Part shown: piece by piece, positions 32,002 through 43,827 of the stretch
How the letters are laid out: the number at the start of each line of letters is the position of its first letter
How positions within the stretch are numbered: the stretch's first letter is position 1
DNA from: Candidatus Bathyarchaeota archaeon
GTDB lineage: Archaea; Thermoproteota; Bathyarchaeia; Bathyarchaeales; Bathycorpusculaceae
NCBI GenBank assembly: GCA_963811105.1
Contig: CAWEPZ010000011.1
Location: forward strand, 96,001-160,000
Direction: 5' to 3'
Length of the DNA stretch: 64,000 nucleotides
The notes under the pieces: model-generated
Told to the model about the DNA's origin: nothing
What the model saw: only the letters and a program-made list of their open reading frames with translations
The model's database searches: none
Made by a program: the position numbers and the translations under genes

Positions 32002-33041
32002 TCAGACAGTAGTTTTTTTTGACGTTAATAGTCCTTGGAAATAGCCATAACTAAATGAAAACATGAAGACAAAATCAGCAATTATTCCAATTGCGCCAAG
32101 GTAAAATTGTAAGGGCAAACGTAAATTTTTTCCATGCAGGATGTAAATGGTGATCTCTGCAAATAAAACTAATAGAATCAATCCATCGATTGGCAAATAA
32201 TAAGAATGCCCCACAATTATTCCTAAAATAAAGAGAAATAAACAAGTAGATACTACGGCTAATTGTCTGATTCTGTGATCCCGTTTACTTCGACTTGCTT
32301 TATCATTAAGGTTTGCTGAAATAGCGCCAAAAGCTATAGCAAACCCCATGGTAGTCCCATAGTTTGATTCTTTCTTTAAAAAATTTGACAAGCTATCGCT
32401 TCGCACATCTTCAACACTGTATTCCAGTGCACCATCTTTTAATATTAAAAAAGAGTTTTTACTTAACTGATTTGCAGTCACTTGGTCTTCAAGCCCTAGT
32501 GACTTATTTTGTGTATACTGAAAACCGCCTATTTTTTTAAGAGCTGAGATACGAAACATATCAGCCTTCAGTAAGGAATATGAAATTTGGATTAACCCTT
32601 CTTGTTTAAAATCTAAGTCCCAATATTAGCGAATGAAGCGCGTCTGTCATTTTTTTCCAATTTTAGAACAGGTTGTCCGCACACAACTACAACATTTTCA
32701 TTTTCCAGATTCCTAATGCATTTATTCAGATAATTCTCGTTAATCAGTGCTACATCATCTTGGATAACAAAAAGGAATTCTTCATTTGGCTTAGCAAATA
32801 ACAGCGCTTTGTTCAAGTTCCCCGAAAATCCTAAATTCTGATCGTTCCGAATCACTGAGATTTTTCCATTGTAGTCTGATAACAGTTTTTTTGCGGGGTT
32901 TGGAGAGTAATCATCCATCACGAGAATTCGAAAAGGATAGCAGTCTTGCTTGAGAAGAGATTCAATACAAGCTTTCAAGTCGTCTGCTGTACCGTTATAG
33001 AATGGAATTATTGCAAGAACATCTATTTTTATGTCTCCCAA
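32002..33041 (-). pseudogene. GT2 glycosyltransferase with C-terminal TM helices, frameshifted
   Basis: IIPFYN, VMDDYS, NLGFSGNLN, IQDDV; second ORF has GLED and TM segments. Confidence 0.75.
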
Positions 33042-33106
33042 AGTAGTATTACTCAGTTATTTTAATAATTGCACTCAGTAGACTGGCTGAGTTTTTTTGA
33101 AAAGCG

Positions 33107-34320
33107 TTATATATTATCACCGATTTTACAGTATGCTTCATAATAATTCTTAGCAATAATCGCCCAATTGTATTTTTCTTCTACTATGGCTCTTGCTCTC
33201 TGACCCATTTTTTCTGTTAAAGCCTCATCTGCCATAATAGTTGAAATCTTATCTGCAAGTTCTTCAATGTCATTAACATCAACAAGGAAGCCTGTCTTTC
33301 CATCCTCAATCATTTCGCTTCCATTAGTTCTTGTTGAAACCACTGGTCTGCCACATGCCATAGCTTCCAGGACAGGTGTCGAGTAGCTTTCTGCTAACGA
33401 AGGCTGGCAGAATAATCGACACTCTTTATAGCTTTCTAAAAGTTCAACTCTTGTAAGATGACTCTTAATCAGCAAAGGGACCTGCATTTGTGCCGCCAAG
33501 TTTTTAAGGGCAACCTTTTGTGGTCCATCCCCAATTATCTCCAACTTTGTGTCAGGATATTGCTTGCGAACCTTTGAAATAGCAAGAATAAGGGCGTTGA
33601 AGTTTTTTCTTTTAATAAAGTTACCGACAGATAATACGGTTTTAGAGCCGATTAACGGTGATAGAAACGGAAACTCAACTAGTTTTACACCGCCAGGAAT
33701 TACTTTAATTTTTTTAGCGCTGACATATTGAGAGTAAAGTTTTTGCGTTCGCTCATTGTAAACAACTATTAAATCAGCTTTGTTAATAGTCTTTTCAAAA
33801 GCAGTTTTGAAGTTTACATCAAGAGATTTTCGAACCCATTTCAATATTGAATACTGAATTTTTGGAAACACAGTCGTTTTCGAGTATGCCGTGAAATCGT
33901 CCTCAAAATACGGGTGAGTAGCTTCGGCTGGACCTATAATAAAGGGATGACCGTCTGTTTTTCCTGTTACCGCAAGAAGATCAAAGGACTCAGTCCCTGA
34001 TTTACCATAAAAAAATGGTGGATTAAAGAATCCTTGTTTTTATTAAGAAAATAATTTGACCGTTTCAACATTTTAGCATAGAACAAAGGGATATTGCTAA
34101 AATTTACTTTCCCTTCAGAGAGTTTACAGACCGCAACCTTTTTTGATGGAACTCCTTGCCACTTAAAGTCATTTAATAAACCGTAGAAATCCAGGTTATA
34201 ATCATCAGCCATTGTGGTTAAAAGGTTTTGAAACACTTTGCTACCGCTAACGCTTAAACTCAAAGCTTGTCTTTGTGAAACAACAAGAATTGGAGAAGAG
34301 AGCCAAGACGCATTATTCAA
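33107..34320 (-). pseudogene. GT4 glycosyltransferase, frameshifted near 33967
   Basis: VGNFIKRKN, IIGDGP, PSLAESYSTPVLEAMACGRPVV, DGKTGFLV. Confidence 0.85.
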
Positions 34321-34486
34321 TTATAAATGCCCACCTAATTTTGCTTATTTTGAACTTGAGGGGATTCAGAGATGTTAAGGCTTTTTATAGATAGGTCTGA
34401 AGAAAATGGAAATTTACTACTACAAATGAACCGAATGGAATGGCTTGTATGAATATTACAGCATTAAATTTGGAAGCGTCGAAAGA

Positions 34487-35375
34487 TTACTCCTTGAGAG
34501 ATGCTAATAATTTGAAGGTTTCGAGGGCATGACTTTCGTTGGATATACCTACTGCGACACCGTTCATGTTTGGCAGGGTTTTAAGATAATAAGCGGCCTC
34601 TGAAGGATTAAAGTAGCCTGATGCAAGGATATTTATTGCTATTACATTAGCTGTTGGCAGTGTTGCCAGAACTCGTTCGCATTCATCTTTTGAAGGCGAC
34701 ATTTGAAAGCCCGCCTCATTAAATGGCGCTACAACAATGAGATTCCTTAAATCTATATTCCATTCTTTAAATTTCTTAACAAGAAGCGCAAAATTACGAG
34801 TTTCGAATCCAGGTTTTGATTTTGCTGAGAGGACTGCAGATATAAATAGCTCAAAAAGCCACCTTAAGTCAGAGAGTTAAACCCATATCTGTTAATAATT
34901 CATGCAATAAGACGGAGTCTAATTTTGCATGTTTTCCAGCGGTTGACCTAATTTCAGCAATTTCATATGATAAAAGGCCACTTTAACAGAGACCTAACAT
35001 CACTATTGGCCAACCCCTTGATACATGTAAGTACTGCTTTGACATTTCCTGAAAATATCATTTGCTTTGTAAATCCTTTAGCAAGACCTTCCATTCCTTT
35101 CTGACCACTTAACCGGATGAAATCAACTGCACTGGGTACTATAGATTGGAATTCAACGAACCCTCAATTTCCTTGTCTTTAATTGCTTTAAGAATAGACA
35201 ATGTGTTATCGTTAACCGTGAACATAAAACCGTCGGCACCGCTTTTCAGTGAAGTAAAGACTAGGTTAGCACAAAATTGGGGATCGGTAATTTTGTCAAC
35301 TCTTTTTAACCGAACCTTATCTTGTGATAGATGATTGACCCCTTGAAAGGCATTATCTCCTACGAGCAATAGCAT
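34487..35375 (-). pseudogene. Hypothetical protein in glycan cluster, fragmented
   Basis: LLVGDNAFQGVNHLSQ start, KPGFETRNF and APFN..GFQMSP middle, AINILASGY end, spread over several frames. Confidence 0.55.
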
Positions 35376-35382
35376 GTTCTAC

Positions 35383-36363
35383 TCACATCATTCCGTTAAC
35401 TTGATCAATAATCTGCTCAGTTTTTAGGGCAGTATTAAAATTTGGTTCCGCAACGGTATCGTTAATTATGGAACCAATAAAATTCTTACTCTCTCGATAA
35501 TATTCAGGTGCTCCAACTAAAAAGTCAACATTATCTCTTAGATTAAGTCTATAAAAAGTAGAAGCTCCTAAATTGCTTTTTAAGATTAGCTGATCGTCGT
35601 TGACCCTTAACGAACCCTTTTTACCAACAATTTCTAGTCCTATTTCAGGCAATCGATAACCAGCCTTACACCAAGAAGCATCTATAATACCGTTGACCCC
35701 GTCTTGTCCTATTACATTAAATCCTATCGACTCCTGAAATATCGGGTTATCGTTACTTCTTCTTTGTTCCTTTGAAATGACACGGAGGTCTCCGAAGAAC
35801 CATATAGATAAGTCGATTGCATGGGAGCACAAATCTCTTAGTAACCCACCTCTGGCGGTTGATGCCTTAGTTCCTTTTTCTACATCAACATTAAGAAAAT
35901 CTGATGAGTATGAATACGCTTTGAAAGAAGTTACATTGCCAATGTCACCATGCTGTATAAGGTCATATGCTTTATTGAATGTAACAGCATATCTCCGCTC
36001 ATAACCAACCATATTTTTGCCATTGGAACCATCGGCAAGTGAACAAATTTTCTTTGCTTGATCAAGGGAAAAAGCAAGAGTTTTTTCCACAAATAAATTA
36101 GGGGCAATTCGGTTTGAATAGACGTTTTCTATTACCTTAAAGTGTGAAGGAATGGAGGTTGTTATATAGACCACATCCAAACTCATATCCTTCAATTTCT
36201 CAATAGAGTCAACAATAACAAACTCTTTAGAGACTTTCTTGGCGAATTTCGAAATAATCTTGCTTTTATCGCATACTCCAACTACTTTTACACCAGTTAT
36301 TGTGCTAAGTATGCTCATATGAAGCAAACCCATTTTGCCGATACCGACTATACCTGCGAGCAT
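35383..36363 (-). CDS. Gfo/Idh/MocA-family oxidoreductase
   Basis: GIVGIGKMG, LFVEKTL, GGLLRDLCSHAID. Confidence 0.88.
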   Translation of the reverse strand: MLAGIVGIGKMGLLHMSILSTITGVKVVGVCDKSKIISKFAKKVSKEFVIVDSIEKLKDMSLDVVYITTSIPSHFKVIENVYSNRIAPNLFVEKTLAFSLDQAKKICSLADGSNGKNMVGYERRYAVTFNKAYDLIQHGDIGNVTSFKAYSYSSDFLNVDVEKGTKASTARGGLLRDLCSHAIDLSIWFFGDLRVISKEQRRSNDNPIFQESIGFNVIGQDGVNGIIDASWCKAGYRLPEIGLEIVGKKGSLRVNDDQLILKSNLGASTFYRLNLRDNVDFLVGAPEYYRESKNFIGSIINDTVAEPNFNTALKTEQIIDQVNGMM

Positions 36364-36398
36364 AGCTCAATATCCTCTAATACATGAAAATGTAAATA

Positions 36399-37095
36399 TT
36401 AACGAATAAGACGTTGGTGTAGTATTTCAATTGCAGCTTTTAATCCCTGAGTTGGCATCGGCAATTTGCTATTACCACTAATTCTTCCTTTATCTCTGCA
36501 TGGATCTTCGCCTACTCTTAAACCAGCCTTCTTGATTTTCGCACAAAGCACAGGCTCATAGTCAAATTTATTATCTGGAAGATTTACTTTTTTGAGACAT
36601 TTTGTCCAAAATGCGTTATACCCACAACAGACATCTGTGTACTTGGTTCCGTATAAAATATTGTAAAAGAACCAGCATTTTGTTGCCAACCTTTCGATGC
36701 ACTGGCATAATTGGATTATACTTAAGAAAACGGGAGCTTTTCGAAAAGTCATAACCTTTCAGAAGTAGGGATACGAATTCTGGAATCTGCGTTGGGTCGG
36801 TTGACCCGTCTGCATCAAGAGTCACTATAATCTCACCAGTAGCGTTCCTAAACCCATCTTTCATCGCGTCATCTTTTCCCCGTCCTGGCTGATAGAGTAT
36901 TCGAATCGAGGGCAACATACCTTTTGCAATAGAAACAGTGTTATCTTTTGAATAACCATCGACTAAGATTACTTCGTCAACCCAATCAGGAATCTTGTTA
37001 AGAACCTTTGGCAAATTTGCCTCTTCATCAAGTGTACAAATTACAATTGAAACCTTCGGGCAAGAAAGCAAGTCAATTTTTTCAAGCGAATTCAT
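36399..37095 (-). pseudogene. GT2 (Dol-P-mannose synthase-like) glycosyltransferase, frameshifted
   Basis: VSIVICTLDEE, LVDGYSKDNT, TLDADGS, YTDVCCGYNAF; ATG at 37095. Confidence 0.85.
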
Positions 37096-37181
37096 GTAAC
37101 TTACCTGCTTATTGTAATTGCCGATCATGAAAAGAAACTCAAACGTTATAACCAGCAATGAAGCAATCCATAAAAAAAACC

Positions 37182-38186
37182 TTATAAGGAAACAACACAG
37201 CGTCCACCCGCAGCTTTATAGACCGCACTGACAATTCGCATTGCTACTAATCCGTCGTATCCATTTGCCAAAGGCTCACGATCCTCTTTAATACAGGCAA
37301 CAAATTCCTTCCACTCTTCACACCACGACCGGTCGTCTCCACGGAATTCAACAACCTCTTCAGCAAAAGGCTTTGCGAAATCTTTTCTACCAAAAGTTAG
37401 GCACTCATTACCATAGCTACCACCTAGACCCTCAGCTACAACATATCCTTCGGATCCAAAGACTTCAAATGAAAACAAGTTCTTCCATTGCGTTAAACTG
37501 GCATGAATAGATGCTACCTGACCTGCTTTCGTTCTAAGCAAAACGAATCCGTTATCTTCTACTAAATTCAAATTTGGTAAATAGTTTGCCATGAAGGCAG
37601 AGACCTCAATAAATTCCCCTAAAAACCACCGTGAGAGATCAATCGCATGCGTTCCTTGATCCATCATCTCACCGCCTCCAGCAATCTCGGGATTCGCTCT
37701 CCATTCCTTTTCAAAACCGGGTCTGCCTCCAATGCCATACCTGCAACGAACAAAATTCGGCTCGCCAATCTCACTTAATAAGAGTTGCTTAGCTTTCTGG
37801 ATAGCAGGGTGAAAGCGGTGATTTAAGCCGCATTTTAACTTTACGTTATTTACGTTTGCCGCCTTGACCAAGGCTTCTGCCTCTTCAACGGTTCTGCTGA
37901 GTGGTTTTTCGCACAAAACATGTTTGCCACTTTCCATTGCTGCTAAGCCAATTTTAGCGTGAAGGTGAGGCGGAGTGCAAATTACAACTGCATCTAAGTC
38001 GTTTCTCTTGACTACATTTTCCCAGCCATCAGTAGATTCGCATCCGAAACTTTTAGCCAGAGCAGCAGATTGAGCAGATTCCGCGTAATCGGCACTTATT
38101 ACAACCAGTTCTGATCCGAGAGAGCTTCGGATTGCCGGAGCTCTTCGCCTGGCTTGAAGACCAGCACCTATTAACCCGACTCTCAC
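37182..38186 (-). CDS. Gfo/Idh/MocA-family oxidoreductase (LmbZ-like position)
   Basis: GLIGAG, KHVLCEKP, GLNHRFHP, GGGEMMDQGTHAID. Confidence 0.9.
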   Translation of the reverse strand: MRVGLIGAGLQARRRAPAIRSSLGSELVVISADYAESAQSAALAKSFGCESTDGWENVVKRNDLDAVVICTPPHLHAKIGLAAMESGKHVLCEKPLSRTVEEAEALVKAANVNNVKLKCGLNHRFHPAIQKAKQLLLSEIGEPNFVRCRYGIGGRPGFEKEWRANPEIAGGGEMMDQGTHAIDLSRWFLGEFIEVSAFMANYLPNLNLVEDNGFVLLRTKAGQVASIHASLTQWKNLFSFEVFGSEGYVVAEGLGGSYGNECLTFGRKDFAKPFAEEVVEFRGDDRSWCEEWKEFVACIKEDREPLANGYDGLVAMRIVSAVYKAAGGRCVVSL

Positions 38187-38202
38187 GTCTTGACCCCCAA
38201 CA

Positions 38203-39512
38203 TCAACTGAAAGTCGCGTCCTCTACCACACCAAGGTAAACAAACCCCATATTAATCAAACTCTCCGCATCTAACATGTTTTGGGCGTCAATGATGACTG
38301 GCTTTTTCATCAAAGATTTAAGGCGCGGGAAATTTAACTCTCTAATTCTGGCCAATCGGTTACGAAAATTAATGCATCACTTTCTTTAGCCGCGATCATG
38401 GGATCCGAACAAAATTCAAATTCAAGTTTTCCTTGAATTTCACTAAGGTCAGCTTTGGGATCGTAAGCCTTAATTCTCGCACCACCAGCCACTAAATCAT
38501 TAATTATCTCGATTGAAGAAGAACAACGAAGCGTGCTGGTTCCAGCTTTATAAGTCAGTCCGAAAACGCAGACTGTTAAGTTCTGAATGGAACCATATAG
38601 TTTCTGCAACTTTCCAGCAATGATCTTGTTTTGTCGCCGATTTACTTCAAAGACACCGTTAATTAGCCGAGTTTCATAACCAACCTCGGCACCAAGTCTG
38701 AAGCACTTTGACATCCCGTCCTAATGCTCCACCTGCAAAACCTAAACCCGGCTTCAGCATTGCCTTAGGTCCTATTCTGCTATCTAAACGTAATGCTTCT
38801 GCAACCTTTAATGAGTCGGCACCAACTTCGTCGCAAATATTGGCGATTTCGTTAGCAAAGCTAATTGAAGTGGCTAAGAAGGCATTAAGGGCATGCTTAG
38901 TCATTTCCGCAGACCTTAAATTCATTTTTATCTTTGGGTCTTTTATGACGCTGAAAAAAGCCTCCACTTTATTCAAGGTACTCCTGTTGTCGGCGCCAAT
39001 AACTATTCTTTAGGATTCATAAATCTGTTAATGGCTTGACCAAGCCTAAGGTTTTCAGGAACACATGCCACATCAAATTCTAAGGCGGGTCTTTTCTTCT
39101 TGATTAGAGACTTTAGCTTTTCACAAGTACCAACTGGAACTTGACTACTGATAATAACTATAGACCCACTTTCAAGAGATCCAGCTAATGCGAGGTGGCG
39201 TCATAAACTCGGACAAATCTATCTCGTCGTTATCATCCACGCGAGTGTCAAAAGTAACAACAACAAAATGTGCCCCTTTGACTGCACTTCTAATATCTAT
39301 AGTGTAACTTAATTCGTTTAGATAAATATTCTGAGGATAAGACCTCCAAGCTCAGGCTCAAACAAAGGAGGAATACCTTTGTTTAGGTTCTCAACTCTTT
39401 TGCTGTCTTTATCAAAACCAACCACTAGATACCCTAAGTCAGCAAGACACGCTGAATATACGGAGCCTAAATGCCAAGTTCCTATAATGCAAACCTTAGA
39501 AGGATTTTCCAT
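38203..39512 (-). pseudogene. UDP-glucose/GDP-mannose dehydrogenase-family protein lacking the catalytic Cys, multiply frameshifted
   Basis: IGTWHLG, PLFEP, PENLRLG, SAEMTKHALNAFLA, DSRIG, GLGFAGGALGRD, GLTYKAGTSTLR, YDP. Confidence 0.85.
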
Positions 39513-39564
39513 ACCAGACCTGCTTGAATTCGTTTGCCCAAGATGACAATATTACAGAGTGATT

Positions 39565-40410
39565 TTAGTTCTTAATAGTTGGCACAAACCTAACAAGATT
39601 TGCCAACGTTTTGTAGTGTGCTTTTGGCTGCAAGCATAGAAAATCAACAAAATTTGGAAAACTGACGAGCTTAGTTATATCAGCGGGGGTTTGGCAAGAT
39701 AATAGACCGACCCTCGAAATCAATAACATTTGATATCCCGCATTATGAAGCAGCTCAAAAATGTCATTCGGACTGAAACCAAAATCTTGCACCCAAGGCG
39801 GGAAAATCTCTAGCATCAATATTGGTGGCGATGAACCTGCCAAAATAGCCCTCATCCCTTTCAGGACTAAAATCTCCGCACCTTCAACATCGATTTTTAC
39901 GAAGTTGATTAAATAAATACCCTTGTTTCTAGCATAGCTATCAAGTGTGTCCATTGCGCAGTCGTAAGATGTGATTGATTTCGAACACCACGAAGCCACG
40001 GAATGAGTAACCAGTGAAGCCTCTGTGGAAACACCTGCTGGCATCCGAATAGTTGATCTACCTGTATTATCGCTGACCGCACATCTGTTCAGAACGATTT
40101 GGTTGCCTAACCGCGTCATTTCAACCTTTCGACAGAGTCTTTCAAAAGTTGGTGGAACTGGCTCAAACGCATGTATTTTCCCCTGAAAGCCGACAGAGTG
40201 CGCCAATAAGATCGTAAACTCTCCAACATTTGCACCGACATCGAAAACGACATCACCCTTCTCGACGGATCTCATCAGAATCGAGATCTGACTACTAGAC
40301 CTACCCAGTATTTTTAATCCAAGCTCGAAAATTCGTGGTTTAACAAACGAAGAGGGCATCGATGTTCTACCTAAAGCGCTTATTTCTTTCCAAAGTTTCT
40401 GCGGTAACAT
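39565..40410 (-). CDS. FkbM-family SAM methyltransferase
   Basis: FDVGANVGEFT, AFEPVP, VKIDVEGAE. Start 40410 preferred because the upstream gene ends at 40479. Confidence 0.88.
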   Translation of the reverse strand: MLPQKLWKEISALGRTSMPSSFVKPRIFELGLKILGRSSSQISILMRSVEKGDVVFDVGANVGEFTILLAHSVGFQGKIHAFEPVPPTFERLCRKVEMTRLGNQIVLNRCAVSDNTGRSTIRMPAGVSTEASLVTHSVASWCSKSITSYDCAMDTLDSYARNKGIYLINFVKIDVEGAEILVLKGMRAILAGSSPPILMLEIFPPWVQDFGFSPNDIFELLHNAGYQMLLISRVGLLSCQTPADITKLVSFPNFVDFLCLQPKAHYKTLANLVRFVPTIKN

Positions 40411-40478
40411 TGACAAAAAAAATTGTCGCCTTTGCGAGTTGCAATGGTTTAGGAATAAGCTTGGGCTATTGTTTGCCC

Positions 40479-41423
40479 TTACTGGTTTTCTTGGGCTATT
40501 GTCCATCGCGCAGTTCGCATAATTGCTTCTTTAGATGAAATTGTTTGCTTCCAACCAAGATTCTTTATCTTATCAATGGAAAGCACAACAGAGGATTGTC
40601 ACCAATCCAACCTCGAGATCCACCAGTGTGCTTCGCTTCACTTTGGTTTTGTCTAAGTGCATCTCTTCCATCACAAGGTCTGCAACCTCTTCTACGATTG
40701 TTTGCTCTTCTAAGACCAAGGTTAAATATGTAACTTTGCCAGAAGCCTTTCGATATCCAATTAGTATTCCTTCGACACAGTCCTTTACGTGGAGGTATTC
40801 TTTGCTTTGCTTGCCGTCCCCAAGGATTTCAATTTCAGAAGGATTTTTCAATAATTTGTGCTGAAATCCAGAATGACTCCTCTTCTACAGCGCTCTCCAA
40901 TGACATTTGCGAACCGGAACGCCCAGAACTTCAGAGACGCAAACTCAGTATGAGCTTCGACGTATGCCTCACAAGCAAGTTTGGAGGCTCCGTACAAAGA
41001 TGTTTGAGATGGGAAATAATCCTCTGGGGTTGGTTTTACAATAGCTTCACCGTAAACTGCTGACGTTGAGGCGAAAACAAAATCACGAATATTATTCTTG
41101 ATCATAGCTTCCAATATGTTAAGGGTCCCGACCAGATTGTTATCTAAATCAGATTTGTGATCGACTAAACTTTTGCGAATGTTAGCCTGAGCGGCGAAGT
41201 GAAATACAACGTCATGTCCAGCAAAGATTCGGTTGAGCGCTTCCTCTTCTCTTATGTCAACTTGTTGAACTGAAAGGCGAGGATTGTCAGAATTTTGTTC
41301 CAGGTTGTCCATTCGACCACATGACATATTATCCACAACAGTTACGGAGTGACCTTCTTTGAGAAGTCGGTCTACCAAGTGGCTTCCTATGAAGCCTGCA
41401 CCGCCTGTTACTATTGCCTTCAT
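40479..41423 (-). pseudogene. NAD-dependent nucleotide-sugar epimerase, frameshifted
   Basis: TGGAGFIGSH, STSAVYG, YGASK, GDGKQSKEY; ends EAIMRTARWTIAQENQ. Confidence 0.88.
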
Positions 41424-41491
41424 TATAGCTCAATCTCCTCGGGTGTTTTGGATGTTTCTCTAATCTTATTTTGACAATTCATAGTTCTCAC

Positions 41492-42340
41492 TTATTTAAA
41501 ATTATTATCATTCAGTTTCGTGACCCGTCTTAGCGTATAAATATCAGAGGATACAAGTTCCGAGACATTTTCTCCCATATTTTGCCAGTCATCCCAAACA
41601 GCGCTTATTAGTTTCCCAGTCAAGCCTTTCGACTCATCAGAAGCCAAAAAAACTGATAATGCAACTGGCTTATCAAGAGTCGTTACACCTTCCGCCTTAA
41701 TTCTTTTTGCTTTAGCAAGCGCTTCCACACCAGCAAGCTCACCAGCGGCTATAACTTCATCCTGCAAACGTGTTGCTATACCGCCAGGGGCAATGGCATT
41801 GACCTGAACATTGGACGCTTTGACCTCTTCGCTTATTGTCTCAGTGAAACGAACTACTGCAGCTTTTGACGTTGCGTAAGCTGAGAAGCAAGGCTGTGAA
41901 TTGGCTGCGCCTCCACCTGAAAGGTTAATGATTTTTCCAGAACCCTGCTTAATCATAAAGGGCAAAACTGCTTTGCAGCAAAGAAATGTACCTATAAGGT
42001 TGACATTTATTGTTTCTATCCACCTAGTCGTGTCGTTCTTAACTAAAGGTCCAATAGGTCCAAATATGCCAGCGCAATTCACCAAAATGTCGACCCGACC
42101 AAATTTTTGAACCATGGATTCAACCATTTTTTCAACGTCTTGCGCCTGAGACACATCAACCTTTAGAGCTAATGCAGGTGTTCCAATTGCCTTTATCTGA
42201 GATACCGTCTCATTTACATCGGGTAGAGTACGAGAAGCGACCACCATTGTGGCACCTTCACGAGCAAATGCTAAAGCAATGGCTTGACCGATGCCCCTGC
42301 CACCGCCCGTAATTAATGCAACTTTGCTCTTGAGCTTCAT
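41492..42340 (-). CDS. Short-chain dehydrogenase/reductase
   Basis: TGGGRGIG, VNCAG, NLSGGGA, YATSK, C-terminal DIYTLRR. Confidence 0.92.
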   Translation of the reverse strand: MKLKSKVALITGGGRGIGQAIALAFAREGATMVVASRTLPDVNETVSQIKAIGTPALALKVDVSQAQDVEKMVESMVQKFGRVDILVNCAGIFGPIGPLVKNDTTRWIETINVNLIGTFLCCKAVLPFMIKQGSGKIINLSGGGAANSQPCFSAYATSKAAVVRFTETISEEVKASNVQVNAIAPGGIATRLQDEVIAAGELAGVEALAKAKRIKAEGVTTLDKPVALSVFLASDESKGLTGKLISAVWDDWQNMGENVSELVSSDIYTLRRVTKLNDNNFK

Positions 42341-42350
42341 GTTACCAGAC

Positions 42351-43089
42351 TCAATTTGCTTTGGAAAAACATTCGTCGCATGCTTTGTAGGCTTCTTGGG
42401 TTCCTATGTCCCATAGGTAGTCTTTTAGCATGTAACCGTAAACTGGCTCTTGCCGATAGAGCCACTCAACGAATTTGCCCGGCTGATCCGTTGGCAATCC
42501 AAGCGCCAAATACTCTGCTAGTCGTTTGCCTACTGTTTTGGGGAAGACATACACTGCACCGCAAGTCATCGTTGATTTTGGATCTAAGGGCTTTTCGATG
42601 AAGTCTAAGATTTTCCCTTTCTTATCAGCCTTAACGATTGCACATCTCTTAGCTTCTTCGACGTTTCTAACTTCATAGAGAGCGACCAGAACAGTTTTTT
42701 TCTGGTAAAAAGCCTCCAACATTTCTGAAAGGTCATCACTAAATACGCCGTCGCCCGCAATGACAAAAACATCATCTTCGTCTGCAAAGGCAGTAATGTT
42801 AGCCATAGCTTTTATGGCACCTGGCTTTTGCATTTCGTTTTCAGAATCGTCAGGAAGCACTACGACATTCCTATAATTTCTTGAAGCCAAGTATTCTTTG
42901 AATTGCGGCTGAAAACGCTGATTAGTTGACAACACTATCTTTTTCAACGGCGGATTGAACGCTCCTAGTTTTTCCATTACATAATCAAGTATTGGTTTGC
43001 CATGCGATGGGTAACAATGCTTTTGGTGTGTTCAATGTGAGGGGCCAGAGCCGTTTTGCGTATCCTCCGGCCAGAACAATTGCGTACAG
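42351..43089 (-). pseudogene. Sugar-1-phosphate nucleotidyltransferase, frameshifted near 43005
   Basis: YAIVLAGGYAKRLWPLT..PKALLPI read manually from CTG at 43089; IAGD, FIEKP, WDIGT. Confidence 0.85.
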
Positions 43090-43152
43090 AAAATCACTCT
43101 ATTTTATATCATAAAACAGGGCATTTTTTAATATAGGATACCGTAAGTTGCT

Positions 43153-43542
43153 TTAGATCCATGTGGTTTCGATTTCTTCTATTTGTTTGAAATGAGGATC
43201 GTCTGAGATAAGGACAGCTTTGAGAATTGAGGCTGTTGCAGCAATCATGCTATCGCCCATTGAAAGCTGGTACTTATGCCTAAGTTCAGCGGAAACTTGC
43301 GCTATTTGATCATCAACAGGTATAAGCTGAAATTCTTCTTTCATTGAAATGGCTCTTAGTTTGGCAACGTCCCGCCCTTCTTGAGAAAGAGACAGGTTGT
43401 ACACTTCATGAATCACTATGGTAGAGACATACCTGTCTTTGAGTCTTTTTTTCTCTGCCATTTTTTGTCTTAAAACTCGATCTTTAGAATAATAGAATTC
43501 TACGAAAAATCTACTATCGTAAGCTACCTTATTCATTTTCAT
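43153..43542 (-). CDS. vapC: PIN-domain (VapC) toxin
   Basis: YDS, STIVIHEV, LSMGDSMIAAT, ISDDPHF. Confidence 0.88.
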   Translation of the reverse strand: MKMNKVAYDSRFFVEFYYSKDRVLRQKMAEKKRLKDRYVSTIVIHEVYNLSLSQEGRDVAKLRAISMKEEFQLIPVDDQIAQVSAELRHKYQLSMGDSMIAATASILKAVLISDDPHFKQIEEIETTWI

Positions 43543-43759
43543 GCCTGAGCTTGTCGAGCAACTTGTTTATTTCTTCAACAGTTGCAAACTCCGACCCTGA
43601 ACCTATCATGTCCCAAAACGACTTTTTAGGTTTCAATAGGATTCCTTCATCTGTTTCAACTACCGCAAGGCGTGTGCCCTCTTCGATTTTGAACTTCTTT
43701 CGAATTCTAACTGGAATGGTAGTCTGACCCTTCTTTTTTACGACTATTTCTGTTTCCAA
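43529..43759 (-). CDS. vapB: AbrB/MazE-family antitoxin
   Basis: KKKGQTTIPVRIRKKFKIEEG; overlaps vapC. Confidence 0.88.
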   Translation of the reverse strand: METEIVVKKKGQTTIPVRIRKKFKIEEGTRLAVVETDEGILLKPKKSFWDMIGSGSEFATVEEINKLLDKLRHENE

Positions 43760-43827
43760 CTTTCAGGCCTGTCTTACTTCAAAGGAAAAATCAAACATAA
43801 ATGTTTTCGTTTTTTTCAGACAACACA

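Noticed and set aside
40411-40506. N-terminal extension of the FkbM ORF and a CTTGGGCTATTGT duplication
   Set aside because: Overlaps the true 3' end of the epimerase; the short duplication has no evident function.
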